A stretch of DNA of 63,208 bases, filler included, from Lenisia limosa (GCA_001655205.1; 13 parts of 13 records of this genome joined end to end with filler, not necessarily neighbours in it); one strand, 5' to 3'; counted from the whole stretch's first letter, positions 33,964-48,779 are shown. Made by a program: numbers and translations. The notes: generated by a model from the sequence alone, not told the origin.

Positions 33964-34105
33964 ACAATCCATCCCTCCTACCCCCATTCAACACAATCCA
34001 TCCCTCCTACCCCCATTCAACACAATCCATCCCTCATACCCCCATTCAACACNNNNNNNNNNNNNNNNNNNNNNNNNNCCATCCCTCATACCCCCCATTC
34101 AACAA
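33964..34105. repeat. 29-bp minisatellite (CAATCCATCCCTCCTACCCCCATTCAACA) x4 or more, with gap
   Basis: Direct tandem copies are visible on both sides of a 26-N gap. Confidence 0.9.
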
Positions 34106-34830
34106 GATCAGATTTGATTGGCTTTGTCCAATGAACTTGCGAGATGCTATCGGAAAATCGGCCCCAAACAACTGAAAAGCTTTCTGAGTTGTCTTCGAAG
34201 CTAATAATGCTATCTAGATACGAAGAAGCGGACAAAGAGGTCTGGGGAGCTGACGGAAGAACAAAGAGAGTGGCTATCCCAAGAACCACCACCAAGAAGA
34301 CTGTTTTCTCAAAGCTCGATGACATTGTGTTTTTCAATGTTAATAATTAGTGTTTCAATCATTTATAACATGGTTGTCCTTATCTGGTCCTTTTTTTCCA
34401 AAAAAAAAAGGTTTTTTTTATAATAATTAGCTAGGGGTCATAGTGTCCAATTGCTAACATTTATTTTGGCTCGGAGGAAGTTATGAGTGTTGGCAACTCA
34501 CCGACCACAGCTGCTGTCTCTGCTCTTATCCACCAGTTTTCTTCTATATCGTTTCTTATTGCGAAGATCATTGTTGTTCCGCTCAAATTGGACCCATACA
34601 TTGTTCTACACATCAAAACTCGCATGTTGTTCCTCACCTAGAGAGCCTCCTCCTGATCTCTACCGGCAATTAAAGATGAAATATTGATACTGAGCATTGC
34701 AAGTTGTCCATTAGCACTGTATTGCTCTGGTCCCCGTTTACAATGAAGACGACTGGGTCTGCTGCTGCAATGGTTCAGTGCTGCCTCGTTCTCTGTGCCA
34801 TTGTTACTCTAAGCTTCGGTTAGATGGGGC
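34090..34830 (-). CDS. Possible gene(s), unknown
   Basis: Protein-like blocks (TIAAADPVVFIVNGDQSNTVLMDNLQCS; TMYGSNLSGTTMIFAIRNDIEENWWIRAETAAVV; MSSSFEKTVFLVVVLGIATLFVL) with GTGAG donors. Exon structure unresolved. Confidence 0.3.
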
Positions 34831-35307
34831 GTTACTAAACACTAACAACATATTAAATATTTGTGATTTATCTGTGAATGCTTGTGGCGGGCCTGTTCAA
34901 GGCCTCATTTATTCGTCATGTCATTCATTATTGCCTACTCTTCACAAAATTGTGTGGACAATGGCTGTAGTGGTAGCACTACACTTGGCTTGTTTTTTTA
35001 TATGATTGCTGTTTATATTTAAACGTGATTTGTATAGATGTATATTCTTGTCATGATTGTGGGTTTAGTGTTTATAAGCTCCCGATATATATTGTGCATT
35101 TGAAAGTAACAGAATTAATCACGACATATTTGCTATTCTTGTTCAATAAGGTTCTCTCATTTCTAAATACGGGTGTCTTTGTCCACTAAAGTACACTCTG
35201 TCTATTTAAAATGAATATATACTAGATTGTCTGAATTTTTGATACATTCAATTGCGAGAATTTGGAAGTCTTTGAATAATGAAGAAATAATAAAAAAAGA
35301 CAATTAG

Positions 35308-38300
35308 CTAATGAGCAACAATATGGTTTCATTACACTGTATTGTACAGGTGTGTTATTTTGTCCATTTAACGTTGGCAGCGGCAGTACCGGACCCTTTT
35401 AATCCGCATATTAACGACCCGGGATGGAGAATTGAAGTTGCTCATCTTGAGACTAAGTAGGCTGAAACGGCTGTACTATTTAACAAGGATTATCGAGAAA
35501 ATTTAGTTTTTGGACGAAATGAATCCCTAATATACCCCGCTTTTCTAAATAACAATATAATAATAATGTATTGTACAGTGCTCAGCTTAACATTTCTATT
35601 ATCACATTAAAAAACACAAAACATACCCATTGTTTCAAAATTATTTCACACCACAGTGCTTTTTCCTTGAAGGCCACAGGGGACGGTGCAGTCAAAGTTC
35701 CCAGCTTCACATCGTGGACATACACTCAAGTTGGCGGTGTTGAGGGGCTATTTGCCTAGATGTGATTAGCATTGTATTTCAAGTGTTTTTGTCTTTTCAA
35801 AAATATTATTACAAAAGTGTATATTATATTATTTCAAGAGAGTTGCGTATTTGGTTATTGTGGGACCATATTCACTTTTTTCAAGGTACATTAACCATTT
35901 AGGGGGTTGTGTCATCGTTTCCTGGAGACCCGCTTCCGGCAGACCTGCACAGCATCCTTATTAACAAGGACTTTCACACCTTACAAACAGGTATGGTACT
36001 GAAAATGGAATGGTTCAACCAAGGGGAAACACATACAGAGAACACCGTCAATAAGAACTTCAGATTCAAGATTATTCATGAAAATTGCATTATTAACTGA
36101 TAGATATGGATGAATGCCGTGTTTTTTAAAAAAATAATGGAATTATCGTAGTCTTTTTCTAATAATCATAGAGGTGCAAATGACAAGTTGATCATGTCAG
36201 CTATTTCGGTTGTTTTTTGACTATTTAGCGCAATGCCGGGCCAAAGCCACGGCGTATGACTTGAAGTTCTCATATCGCGGCCAGAAAGGCAGAACAGAGA
36301 TATGTTGGTTGGATCAAATATGTCAATCACGAGTTAAGTGTTGCATTTGGAGGAATAATCCATGAGACTCTTGGCAAATTTGGCCTTTTTGAGCGGAATA
36401 CTGACCAAAATTGATTTACTTCAGTAAGAATATTTTCTATTTCTCTCCTAATCCAAGATATATTTCGGGCATGTAATTAATCTTAAAGACTGAAGTTAAC
36501 CCTTGAATAATATATCCATGTAAACACAATATATATAATATAGTGAGATGTTTATAATATCTGTCATTTCCTAGATCGAGTTGGAGTGGGTCCTTTGAGG
36601 TATTTCGACTTTACGGATAACTACAACACGTTTCATGTTGACAATCAACTGGTGAGTTGTCGAGGTCGGTTATTTACATATATAAATTACTAGGGCTTCC
36701 CTTTGGTCCAAAAACGTCCGTCAAAATATCGACTATTTTCGAGGATTTATATACTGGTATTGTGTATCTGTTTAATGGTAAAAAAAAAACCATTTTTGGT
36801 CATAATGTTACAAATAATGAGAGATTCTTGATACGACACTGGTGATATACTTTTTACCACACATCCCCTGAAATATAATAGATTATTGTTATCCCTGCTA
36901 AGTAAATGTCTGAATTTATAAGTCTTCGACAAGTATCGACATTTTTGGTCCTGCCATAGTATATGCTACATCATGACGATTCACAGGCTTTTGGAGTGGC
37001 TGCAGGGGTTCGCTACCATATTACCGTACATCACATTTGTCGCAGATGGGACCTCCCAGATTGCCGCCAAAACCTCAAAGTAAGTAGGGTCTTTGTATAG
37101 CTTCACTTCGGTTCACAGAAGACCAAATTGTCGGTGAATGAATTTCTTTGGTCTTACGTATAAATGCTATTCTACCAAAATGTCGTTTTACCCTCGTCCC
37201 TTCCAATGATATTGCCAATAACCGATCATCGTCATCCATATTGCCAACATATTGCCAACAGCCTATTACCGTCATTGCCAACAGCCTATTATCGTCATCC
37301 ATATTGCCAACAGCCTATTATCGTCATGGACATTACTGTTGCAGATTCTTCAGTATGGTGTTCTCAGGGATTTGGACTACTTCTTTGACGACTGTTACCA
37401 ACCTGGTAAGTTGGTTGCTTGACTCCTTACATAATGTAATCGCGTCACTAGTTCAGCTTTTTATACAGTACAGTTTTAATATTTGATTGGTCTGTTTGGC
37501 TCGAAGGAAAGTGTTAAATGTTTTACGTTTAGGTAACGGAAGGAGGCTTCACTTTCACTTACAATGGATGTTATTCAATATAATCCGCGAAGTACAAATT
37601 TTGTACACAGCATATGATATGTTATACTATAGGCAGACATCATAAGTCGGATTATTGGAATATACATAGTATTGTGTGGGGATGTGAATCTCAATTTGCA
37701 ATACTAAACATTCTTGACCCGTTTTAGCCATGACAGATAGCGACGTTCAAGTTACAGTACAATCACCCGTAATGGGAAGTACCATCTTTGCAGGATCGCC
37801 ATTTGATGTGGAGTGAGTGGGGCACTATGTAATTCCGGATCCTTTCTAGGCTCATATTCAGACTACCATTGAAACACATACAATTCGCAATACTGACACT
37901 TCAGACTCCAATTGAAATATAATTACGGAGAATTCTTTCGCAACTCCCGCGTACTAGCTGTGTTTAAACCCGAGCACGTGGTACCAATCAACTACAGTCT
38001 TCTGTATGCGAGGCTAGGTTGATTGAGCTTAGTTTTGTATGGTCGACTTTGACGAAAATCAACCTCTTTGATCTTATAATAAACTACATAAAAAAGGCGA
38101 GTTTACCTTTCATCGTCAAAACCACAGCTTACTTCTTCAGACCAACAGTATCCCAAAATCCTGAATTGTTAACTGGAAGTTTTAAATGGACCGCTCATAG
38201 TACTACGGAGGCAGGGGACTTCTCCTTTGCTGTGTCATTGATAGATTCCAATAATCTGTTATATGACCAGCCCATCACATCAGATGGCACTGATGACTTT

Positions 38301-41300
38301 AAAGTAAGCCAAAATGCTGATGCTCATATTTCAATGCAACTGTCATGGATCCATAATGAGTTTCTCAAGTTAAATTGAATGGGGTTACTTGTTGCTTGTT
38401 GAGTGTGACCAATTACTTCCGTTTTTTCTAGTGAATTTCTCTCAATAACCTCAATAAATATCAACATTAAAGTTGATTTTTTCATTTCACACCACCCTGG
38501 AGCAGGCTTGTACCCCTAAAAAAAGAGAGAAATAATAATACACCTTAGAAATCATGGAAACAAATGTTGAGATATCATAAATAAATACCTTACCTCCACG
38601 CCGACGTCAATTTGTTGGACCTCAGTCGTTTTATCTTAACAATACTAAAATTTTTAGTTGACAATCATACCGCTTCCATTGGAGAAGGCAATTCCATCTG
38701 TTGCTGACCTTTCAGGTAAGGTGAAGGAAGATTTGAAAAAGCGTGGAATTGAATAAGTGTTATTGTTTAGTTTTTGTTGGAAACCAGTACACAGTTCAAT
38801 TTTTCCTTCAAGACAAGTATAGCAACAACGTATCTGTGAGTAACTCGACTTTGGCTTCTTTGGTCATCAGTTATCGTAATGTGAGTGGACTTTGCTTATC
38901 GTGGAGGTATATTTTTATTATTTCTAGGTTCTTTTAAAAACAAACCTATCTTGTCTCTCACTATACTGTAAATGAAATTACGATTTCTGATGTTTTGGTC
39001 GTAGAAATCTTGATTTCACACGCACATAGTATGATACAATAGTATAATAGTATATCATATATCGTTTTAAGGCATTTATAGTAATTCAACTGAAAATGGT
39101 TTGACAATCTGCGACTAGTTGATGAACTTTGTAATTCTTTCAGCCCTCTACCGGCATTGAGTCGTATGCCTCTGGGATGTTTACGATAAAGCAAGGCCCT
39201 TCAATGGGAGAGGTTGTTGTCAACTCAGTCGGGCCAATGGTTGGTGAATCTGATGGTTTGACTATTTCTGCCCTAATAATCGATCTTTTAATGTGAAAAT
39301 ATATATTTAAGGTGTTTTATGGGCTCTATCATCTGAGAGTTAAGAATCGCAAGAGGTCCTACTAATATAGACTAGCCCACTCGCCATGACTTATGTGGTA
39401 TTGATAAAACCACTTCATCATGTAAATCAAATAACCAATTTTCTAACAGTGCTGCAGGTATCGGGTGTTTACTCACTTCATTTGCTGACTGGGACGATTC
39501 CGCTTGGATCTCTGTGGGTTCTTACAATTTTGAAATGTTGATATTCCATGAATTATGTCATCAAAACTATATAATAATATATATTTCAGCCTTTGTAATT
39601 ATATTGAAACAAACGTCATTATTTAGGAATATGGCAGTTATTGAAGAGTGCAATTTATCAGGTGGAGAGTACATGCTGGGATCAACGGGCCCTTGTGTGC
39701 CGTGTCCTTCTGGTTGGTAATGGTTTTGTCCCCCTTGGACTGCCGGATAGATATTCAGGACCATATATCAGAAATTTACCATTAACAGCAATCACCTAAT
39801 TAACAAATACATCAACCATCGATATGCTTTGCTATTTGTGTACAATGGAAATGTTTATACGTGAACGCCTTGGTCGTTGATAAAGCCAGGAATCACGCAT
39901 TACTGCACCCTCGTTTAATGGGTGTATATTTCTATTGTTTCATTTGGATATTAATATGTTCCGCCGTTTTATATTGACCTTATCTGGTTGATAATTCAAT
40001 TAAGTAACAATTTAGGACTGTATAACCCGACAATGTCCAACACAACGTGCTCACCTTGCCCTGATGGTCAAGTTGTCAACTCAACAGCTTCGGGGTGTGA
40101 CACCTGCCAACAAGGTGCGTCTACTCTTTTCTGATGTGACTTTGCAAACCAGTTTACGTCTTGTTAATATCAGAGGTTCACTTTCGGACCAAAAGAAAAA
40201 TTGAGATTTACGAGGATTTATCGAGATTCAGTCTTTGTTTTGGTACCGAAAGTGAAGCTCTTGTTAATATCCATAGAGGAATATTGGATTAAAGTATCAT
40301 TTAATTTTTGATATTTTACTACTATGTGATGTACAATAGCATTCAGATTTACTATTAATTTGTACTTTCAAATTGACTGTTAACGCAACAATATCGGAAT
40401 TAGTGGTATTTTGAAGCCTAATTGTAATGCTGCTCTCATTTATGCGTATAGGAACCGCCACGTTTGGATCGAGGGTGACGTGCCAACCTTGTCCTGAAGG
40501 CTCTTATGCAGACAAGGATGGTCTTGTGGCTTGCATTACTTGTCCCAGGGTATGGTGCAATGTGGCATTGCTGACATTTATAGAAATATTACTTCTAAGG
40601 AATTATACATTGAATATCTAAACTGGATATAACACATATTTCAATTAACAAAAGTGTCTAAATGGTTAGCTATTCATTTATTGATTTCAAATAAGGTCAA
40701 TATGTACTGATTATGATGGATTTAGAACAACACCAGCACTTTTACAGTGCAATCAAAAGACATAAGCGACTGTGTCTGCAAAGAAGGTTTCTACGGGCCC
40801 CACGTTATTGACGTCAACTGCACCGTGTGTCCTACTGGAGCGTTTTGTCGTCTTGGAACCACTGAACCAACATGCCCCCAAGGACAGTAAGCGAAATTTT
40901 GTGGTATTTCTATTTGGATCAGAGGGAAATGATACTGGTTAGTATTATAATGATATTAGGGTGATATTTGATGAGAAATTCTTTTCAGCCCCTTAGTTTC
41001 AAATTTTACCACCATCCACTTGCAGACTCTTACATTCAAAATTGACTATATTAGATACGGCAGTCTAACGTCATGCAAAGAATGCCCTGTAGGAGCCGAC
41101 TGTAACGGCACACTTGATCCGGAGCCTTGGCTTGGCTGGTATTTGAATGTCTGCGTTAAATAAAACAAATATATTATTCAATCTTCGACACAGCTATAAA
41201 GAGGCAAAATTAGTAAAAGAAAACTCCGTATACATGTAAATTATTTCCATATAATTTGATATAATAAATTGATAAAGGAGCTAGAAGATTGTTTCGATTT

Positions 41301-44300
41301 TCTGTAAATAATATAGTATATTTTTGATGAACTAACTATCAAAGACCGCCCCGCCATTGGCCTCGTATTTCATGGCGCCAATTAGTCTGACAACATCAAC
41401 CGTAACTATTGTCGGTGCAGATAAAGTGGGTAGGATCTGATCTGTAGTAATCTGTAGTAATCTGTACTTATCTGAAGTCTGAAATAATCTGAAATATTCT
41501 GAAATAATCTGAAATAATCTGAAATAATTTGAACTGCAAAATGTTGAAGTTCATTATGTATGGGTCTTTAACATGCATGTAGATATTTCAGTTTTTCCAT
41601 CACATACATTTTAGGAGCATCCGGTGCAGGAACCAATTGTTATTAGTGTTGAGGCGACAGATCGATTCAATAAACACATTTCACATTACTGCAACTCTAC
41701 AATTCAGGTAAGGCTGGAAGAGACGTTTTTTCCCTAGTGATGGAAATATTTGGAAAGGAAATAATAATTGTAATTTTATTATTGAACATAACTATAGGTG
41801 TTACATTGGTGTGGTATTGTAAAGACCACTGCTTTAGAATTATCCAGCTTGGGTTTTATTTTTAGCGTTAGATCATAGCTTGTTTAAACGTTACCATTAT
41901 TCATCTCCTTTCATATCAACCATTTTCACCCCCGTCATTTTAGGCATTAATCCGTATCAACCCCTTGTGTCACGGGTCAGGAGACTGGACCCTCACAACG
42001 TCGCATGTCAGCGCCGCTGAGTACATTGCGACTTTGCCTGGGGGCAAAGGACATATGAGCAAAGTGAGCGTGGTTGTACCTAGGGCTTCCCTACCTCTCC
42101 TCGACGGGCATCTTCAGACCAGAAACCTAAGGAAAAGGCGACATGATTTGCTCAAAGGAAAACGTTCCTGAGAATAAGAAACTATTCTCTTTGGGTTATT
42201 CACTTTCTTGTGATTTTATTTAATGTGAACTGTTGTGGTCCAAATTTTAGTCGCTAATCATTTAGATTTATGTCCTTGAATTCGAAAGACAGCCGAACGG
42301 CGACTTTTTGGGGGAGTTTGTCCCGGAAATCGCCTGTGAGGTAAGACAACTTGAGAAACATTATTTAGGCTTCCCTAAGGTCCTAAAACGACGTAGAAAA
42401 CATTGAAATCTAATATCCCATATCACATGTTGTGTAACATTTTCCTTTCACCTCTCAGCATGACATTATGGTGTATGGAATTGAAGGTGAAGACCTCCTT
42501 GCCCATCGAAACGGTTCCACTGTGTCCTTTGTCAAGAGAGTTGATGGACAGCCGGTAGACTCGGACCTCTTTCCCTCAATTACTATCTCACGTCAGTGGT
42601 GTCTAATAGTTGGAAAGTGTATCATATCAAATAAATAGTATTGTGTATTAAATAGTGAAATTATCAAAAACAATTATTCTTTGTGTATTCGTACGGTGAC
42701 ACCGGTGGGTAACTACTTCCAAACTACAGGCCAGGTATTACTTTGAGATGTCATTGCTATATAATGTTGTTAAATTGTCCAGAAATTACCTTGAGTTCTC
42801 ATTGCTATGTTTCCTGGTGAAATTCCCACCCTCACCCCATGTCCACAGCCGACACTGGTCCGGAGGTACCACGAGAGTTTCGTTCGTTCTTTGTCTCCAT
42901 GTTCAAAGTTAAGGCCGGGCCGCCACAAAGACTGTAAGCTCCTAACGCTGTATATACACTTATTCTCCTGAAATCTTTAGACTGTAGTTTATTAATATAC
43001 CCAAAATAAAATCCACTTTTGTAACAATATCCATTATTGTAGTGTTGTTGTGTATGGTTTCAGTACGGTACTAATGTAAAATGTTATTGCCTCTTATTTC
43101 CTTCAATATTGTTGGTAGATAGATGTGTTCAAAACAAACAACGTATCCGAACGTATTTTGCATTAAAATGCCGAATTCAGTTTTGTAGTCAAGTATAAAC
43201 AATTGTGAGAAATTTAATGTAATGTCAGGTCTGTTCTAAGTGGCCCTGGTCTGAACTATGTTGTCCCCTTCGAATCCACGGACGTTTACTTTCATATTTT
43301 GGACTCTATGGGCAACTTAGTACTCACAAATGAGACGTCACGCTTCATTATCACGGTAGGTTGACTTTTTTCAGCTAGAATAGTTAGGATTTTTATTTTG
43401 AGATATATAATATTCAACTTTCATCTTTCTCATTTGTTGATATTTAGGAATCATCAACAGACAAATTGCTGGAGATTAGCGATGCGGCTCTTGAGGAAAA
43501 TGGAGTATTTAGGTTGGGCTTATGATTTAATACCCGATTAACCGCCAAACACACACCCAATCTTACTCTCAGGTTCCGCCTAAGTAGTCAGGCTGTTGAT
43601 GGAGGGTTTTCATCATTAAATGGCAAAATTGACGGAGTTGGAATTTCTCAGGTGAGACTTGTTGTAGGAAGCAACGAAGGCACGGGTTTTTGAAATGAAA
43701 CCATATGAGTATGATCCTATGAGTTGAAAATATGAACGAAGATATGGTGGTCATCCAATTGTTTAAGTTTTTTGGCCTGACCCCATGACCCCATGAAGAT
43801 AGATAGATTATACTATATGTATATACATATATTGACAATATTTTTTACCAATTTCCCTATTCAAATCTTCGTTTTCCAAAAGTCAAAATATTATATCTCA
43901 CCCAATGCCCCATGCCCCATGGGTGTATAGTATATGTATTGTGTATATATTTTTGGGTCGCTGCCACGACCCCCCCCCCCTGGAAAAACTTATATTATGT
44001 ACCCTTAACACAAGGATTATTGATACTTATCAGTTAATTCTCTCACGAGTGGATATGATGTATCGTATCAAATAATAGTTCTCACATTTGAAAATGACCC
44101 ATAAATGGTTGATATTAGATATTATTACATGCCAGATGTAAAACATGGTATTGATAAATATTTAGGCCTCTATTTTTTGCAATACTATGACTGACTACTT
44201 AGGCCCAGGCACCCATTAGAATAGCGGCCCTATGTGAACGAGGAAAGGCTCCGGCCGCTTTCAACTCTGGATGCACTCCATGTTCGGCAGGATTCTACGA

Positions 44301-46740
44301 TGATCGTCCCATTCATGGTGGTGTACTGGCCCTTATGCCTTTATCCAGCCCATGCCCAAAATGCCCTCTGAGACAATGTAACCAATGTCCAAATCACAAG
44401 GTAAGCACGATTCAAGGGGATTATTAACTCCGATTCTGAATAAGCCAAACCAACTTTTATAGGACTCAGTTGAGGGAGCCGCTACCATCGAAAGCTGCTT
44501 CTGTCTTGCTGGATTTTTTGGCGAGCCTGGTCATGGTTTGTTGGCGAAACAGATTTTTACCCAATATTGTATTTACTGAACCGAACCAAACCGAAGTGAA
44601 ACTATTGCTGTCATATGTTGATATTTGGATTGGGGGGATCAATGTCATGGGAGTGCTTTTAATCTGTCATTACTGTGCAAGATATAAGTAACAGCAGGAT
44701 GAATACTAATTGTGAACTATCTCCTTCCTCACAAGATGTTGCTCATACTAATTGATCTTACAGGCGACTGTTTGGAGTGTCCTGAAGGAGGCAGATGTCC
44801 GACAGGATCGGTAACACCCAAGCCTGCTCCAGGGTATTGGCCAGTGGGAGGAGTACAATATTTTGTTAAAATAATGTTTTTGGATAAGATGTAGTATTAA
44901 ATATCATACAATTCTAACAGTTGTTAGTCATGGAAACATTTGGGGGAATTTTTGTTGTATTATACTTTTTCAATTCCCATTACACAATCTTTATCATTAC
45001 CTCATGTTGTAACTTGTAATCGTTAAGGTGTGTTCTTTGACCCCAATACATGTGATAGCATGTCATCGATATGATCTTTTATCAAGATCAGCAAAACATT
45101 CTCCCTTTATCATCAACTTATAGATTTCTGATGTTCTATTCTTCAAATGTGTGCCACCAGAGTCCTGTCTTAGTAACGGCGAATGCGCAGCTGGATACAC
45201 GGGCTATGGCTGTACTCATTGTACCACAGGGTTGGTTGAGGGAATTTAGGTGTAGCTTTATGGTTTTTTTATTTCCTCATTTTCCAATTTGAATAATGAT
45301 TCAGTTAACTCTTGTTGGCACAGAGCCAAAACAGATTTTTTTGAAATTTTTACAACAAGACATTTAATAAAATAGTTGAAACAGTCCCTCTCTGACTTCC
45401 TAAGGTTCTACCGATTGGACGGACAGTGTAACGAGTGTCCCCAATGGTCAATAGGGTTTATGATCGCCTCCATGGCCTTGATCTGCCTGGCTATATTCAC
45501 GGTTCGACATGGCTTGCTTTCGTTTTTGGTTACACTGGAGTGATTTTTAAAGAAAAAAAAGCATGATATTTAATATGGGGAAAGTACATGTACTACACTA
45601 GCAGTGGATTTATGACATCATATTAATTACTAACTGGTGAAAAAGATCCATTTTACTTTGATCTCTTTAACAGTATTCTTGAGTCCTTCCTGAAAGATAG
45701 ATGTTATATCCTTGTCCCCTCATTATATATTCTTACCTTGCTATGCAGGCAATGCAGCTTGCACAATCAGGCTTCAACTTTGGAACAGTGGTGGTGTTTA
45801 TCAACTTCGCACAGGTTGGATAAAGGCAGATCAAAACCTAACATTCATATGTTGCTGTTGAAGATTCTTAATATTTATTTTGGATTCACATAATATTTGA
45901 TATTATCTCTAAGTACTAAATAAATAATTGATGATGTTCTCTTTCAAAAAATTCTCATACCCAATCATGTTTTCTTAGTTTTACATGATGCATCTGTATT
46001 GTGCGCTGACTGTTTAGATTATTTCGTTTTTCAACCGAATCAGTTCAATTTGGCCTTCTGAATTATTGTCAATTATCAACTTTTTCAAAGTAAGATGAAA
46101 TAGAATCACTTGAGATTGGAACTTATGGATATTCCATTTCATATTGTGTAACCAGTGATGCTCGCACCTCATATGCGTGATTCAATTTTTGTTGTTGTAA
46201 TATTTCAGGTTTTTAGCTTCAACATCTCTGTTCTAGCGTTACCGTGTGCTTTTGATGTAGGGATTCACCGTGTGCTTTTGATGTTTGTAATTTTTGAAAC
46301 TGTGCCTCTTGATCGGTATTCAAATTGATTTTAATGAAGAAGTGTAAACTTTAGTTTTTCAACTCAAAGTACTTTACTAGTGATATTATTGTAAAAGTTG
46401 AGAACAATTCATATTTAATGGACTGAAATACTCTTCCAATCACATCATTTTATTTAACTTTAGATGTCATACTACATGATGTGGAAGATGAAGCTCCTAC
46501 TTCCTGTTGGGCTGTTTACTTTGGGCCTCGTCACTGTTGGCTGCTACTTCGCTGCTCTGAAGCTCTCTGAGTAGGTTTTGCTGATTGATAGTACATCGCA
46601 CTCTGTTTTGTTGTATCACTTTGATTGCTGTCCTGAATATCAATGATTCTACAAGTCACTTTCAGGAAGGAGACCATTCCTCAAAGGACACAAGCCAACT
46701 CGCTGTCGTTCCAAGACTGGATATTCCGCTTCGCCAACTC
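35308..46740 (+). CDS. Very large surface protein: Ig/filamin-like repeats, GCC2/GCC3-type Cys-rich repeats, C-terminal multi-pass TM region (3' end truncated)
   Basis: Dozens of GT-AG exons, e.g. CSPCPDGQVVNSTASGCDTC, CQPCPEGSYADKDGLVACITCP, DCVCKEGFYGPHVIDVNCTVCPTGAFC, CLECPEGGRCPTGSVTPKPAPGYW and GFYRLDGQCNECP, followed by hydrophobic segments FMIASMALICLAIF, GTVVVFINFAQIISFF...WP and LLLPVGLFTLGLV. The 5' boundary is uncertain and the region could be more than one gene. Confidence 0.85.
37205..37330. repeat. Degenerate 20-30 bp tandem repeat (ATTGCCAACAGCCTATTATCGTCATCC)
   Basis: Four to five imperfect direct copies. Confidence 0.75.
40173..40260. mobile_element. MITE family A copy (intronic)
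   Basis: gaggttcactttcggaccaaaaga...cagtctttgttttggtaccgaaagtgaagctc. Confidence 0.75.
41435..41535. repeat. 10-bp tandem repeat (ATCTGAAATA / ATCTGTAGTA), intronic
   Basis: About 9 copies, grading from one variant to the other. Confidence 0.85.
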
Positions 46741-47704
46741 GGTGCTGTGGATTTAGAGGATAGAAGCTACAAGTTTATATGAAGCTATTCAGAAACAGTA
46801 CCTCCTACTGCATATCAGAGGGGGTTTCANNNNNNNNNNNNNNNNNNNNNNNNNNNNNNNNNNNNNNNNNNNNTTAATTAATTAANNNNNNNNNNNNNNN
46901 NNNNNNNNNNNNNNNNNNNNNNNNNNNNNCCAAGAGTGGTGGTGAAGCCTGACACTGCAGAGTAAAATGAGGTAAAATACAATAGCATACTATGATAGTA
47001 TAGTACTATAATCATATAATTTTATATGTCTTATATATCATTTTTTATCTCATAATATATATATTATCGCATGGATGTATATCATAGTACCCCTCCCCCC
47101 ACTATCAGTGCTATCGTAGACGTTGTAATCATCATCCTCCTCAAGAGCAGAAATACCAAGGGATGTGTTCTGTGTCATAGCTGCAGGGTGGGGTCAAAGT
47201 GAAAATTTTAAAACAAAAAAACTGAAAAAAAAAAAAAAAAAAAAAAANNNNNNNNNNNNNNNNNNNNNNNNNNNNNNNNNNNNNNNNNNNNNNNNNNNNN
47301 NNNNNNNNNNNNNNNNNNNNNNNNNNNNNNNNNNNNNNNNNNNNNNNNNNNNNNNNGGACCTAATATAATACAAGAATAGTTAATTGCTCCCTCCACCCA
47401 CTTCCAAAACCAATTCGAGTGTTTTCTTCAGGTTTGACAAGGGGGTGAGATGAAGCTGTCTGGGGGAGAAGGGTTAAAAAATGTGTTTCAGATGATAAAT
47501 ATTGATGAAAGGTACTTATCACAAAGAATTTGACAATAAATGAAATTTACGAGTCATAATATCTCTGACTCCCGAGTCACAAAACCTTGAAAGTTGTATC
47601 ATTTCAATAAGATAAAACGAGCACATACAACACACCAAGATTTGCATTCCGATACATCATGTACCAAAGTGATCGTTTCACTCCATTTGGGCCATTATTC
47701 ACCA

Positions 47705-47935
47705 TAAATAATTTGGGTGAACCACTCTCAATTATTCATAGTAAATAATTTGGGTGTGTGAGCCACTCTCAATTATTCATAGTAAAAAATTTGGGTGTGT
47801 GAGCCACTCTCAATTATTCATAGTAAATAATTTGGGTGTGAGCCACTCTCAATTATTCATAGTAAATAATTTGGGTGTGTGAGCCACTCTCAATTATTAA
47901 TAGTAAATAATTTGGGTGTGTGAGCCACTCTCATT
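47705..47935. repeat. 41-43 bp minisatellite (AAATAATTTGGGTGTGTGAGCCACTCTCAATTATTCATAGT) x about 5.5
   Basis: Head-to-tail copies with no spacers; unit length varies by TG dinucleotides. Confidence 0.95.
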
Positions 47936-48779
47936 AACATAATCACCACCTCTGTTTGTTTACCCCCCTCCCTCCTACTCCGCCCCTCTTTTGAGCAAGG
48001 ACTTTATCTCGGTATGAGGGGAGCATTTCGCCGGACACGTCACGCAATGATTGGTTCGATGCTGCTGGTGAGAGGGGGTTTCGAGGGGGGGACAAAGGAA
48101 ATTTCGATGAAGAAAAGCACAAAGATACTAATCAGAAGTTTATAATACAAAAAAGCCCTAAATCAACTCTGTTGGCGAGTAGGGGGGGAGGAGATGTGTG
48201 TATAGTTCTAATACTATGATTTAGCCCATTTTTAGACAAGCCACAAACCTTTGGTGCAGCCGATTCCAGTGAAATTAAACTTGGGGGTGTATACGACCAC
48301 CTACAAAGTTAAACTATAAAAATTACACCCCCACCCCCCATATAGCCCCCACAAGTTACGTGAAATCATCGCCCGGCCGACCTTACCCACAAGTTACATG
48401 AAATAATCACACTGNNNNNNNNNNNNNNNNNNNNNNNNNNNNNNNNNNNNNNNNNNNNTTAATTAATTAANNNNNNNNNNNNNNNNNNNNNNNNNNNNNN
48501 NNNNNNNNNNNNNNAATACAGTTAATAATATCCTAAGAAGGCAAAATAATCAATAGAAGGGCAACAAAGAGGTTTAGTAAAAAAAAGAAGCAATTTTTAA
48601 AATATTAATTAATCACAAGGTTTATGCGGAGCAGCATATATTCTGTAGACATGTCAGATGAGAAAAGTGAGAAGTACGTATAGTTGTGTTAATAATGCGC
48701 AATAGAATAATAATAACAAAAAAAAAAGTAAGCAAGGTCGCGGTCTGTGGTGCAGAAGTGGAGTTAAATCCTGAATCAA

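Noticed and set aside
47705-47935. CRISPR-like array
   Set aside because: Head-to-tail tandem units with no unique spacers; it is a minisatellite.
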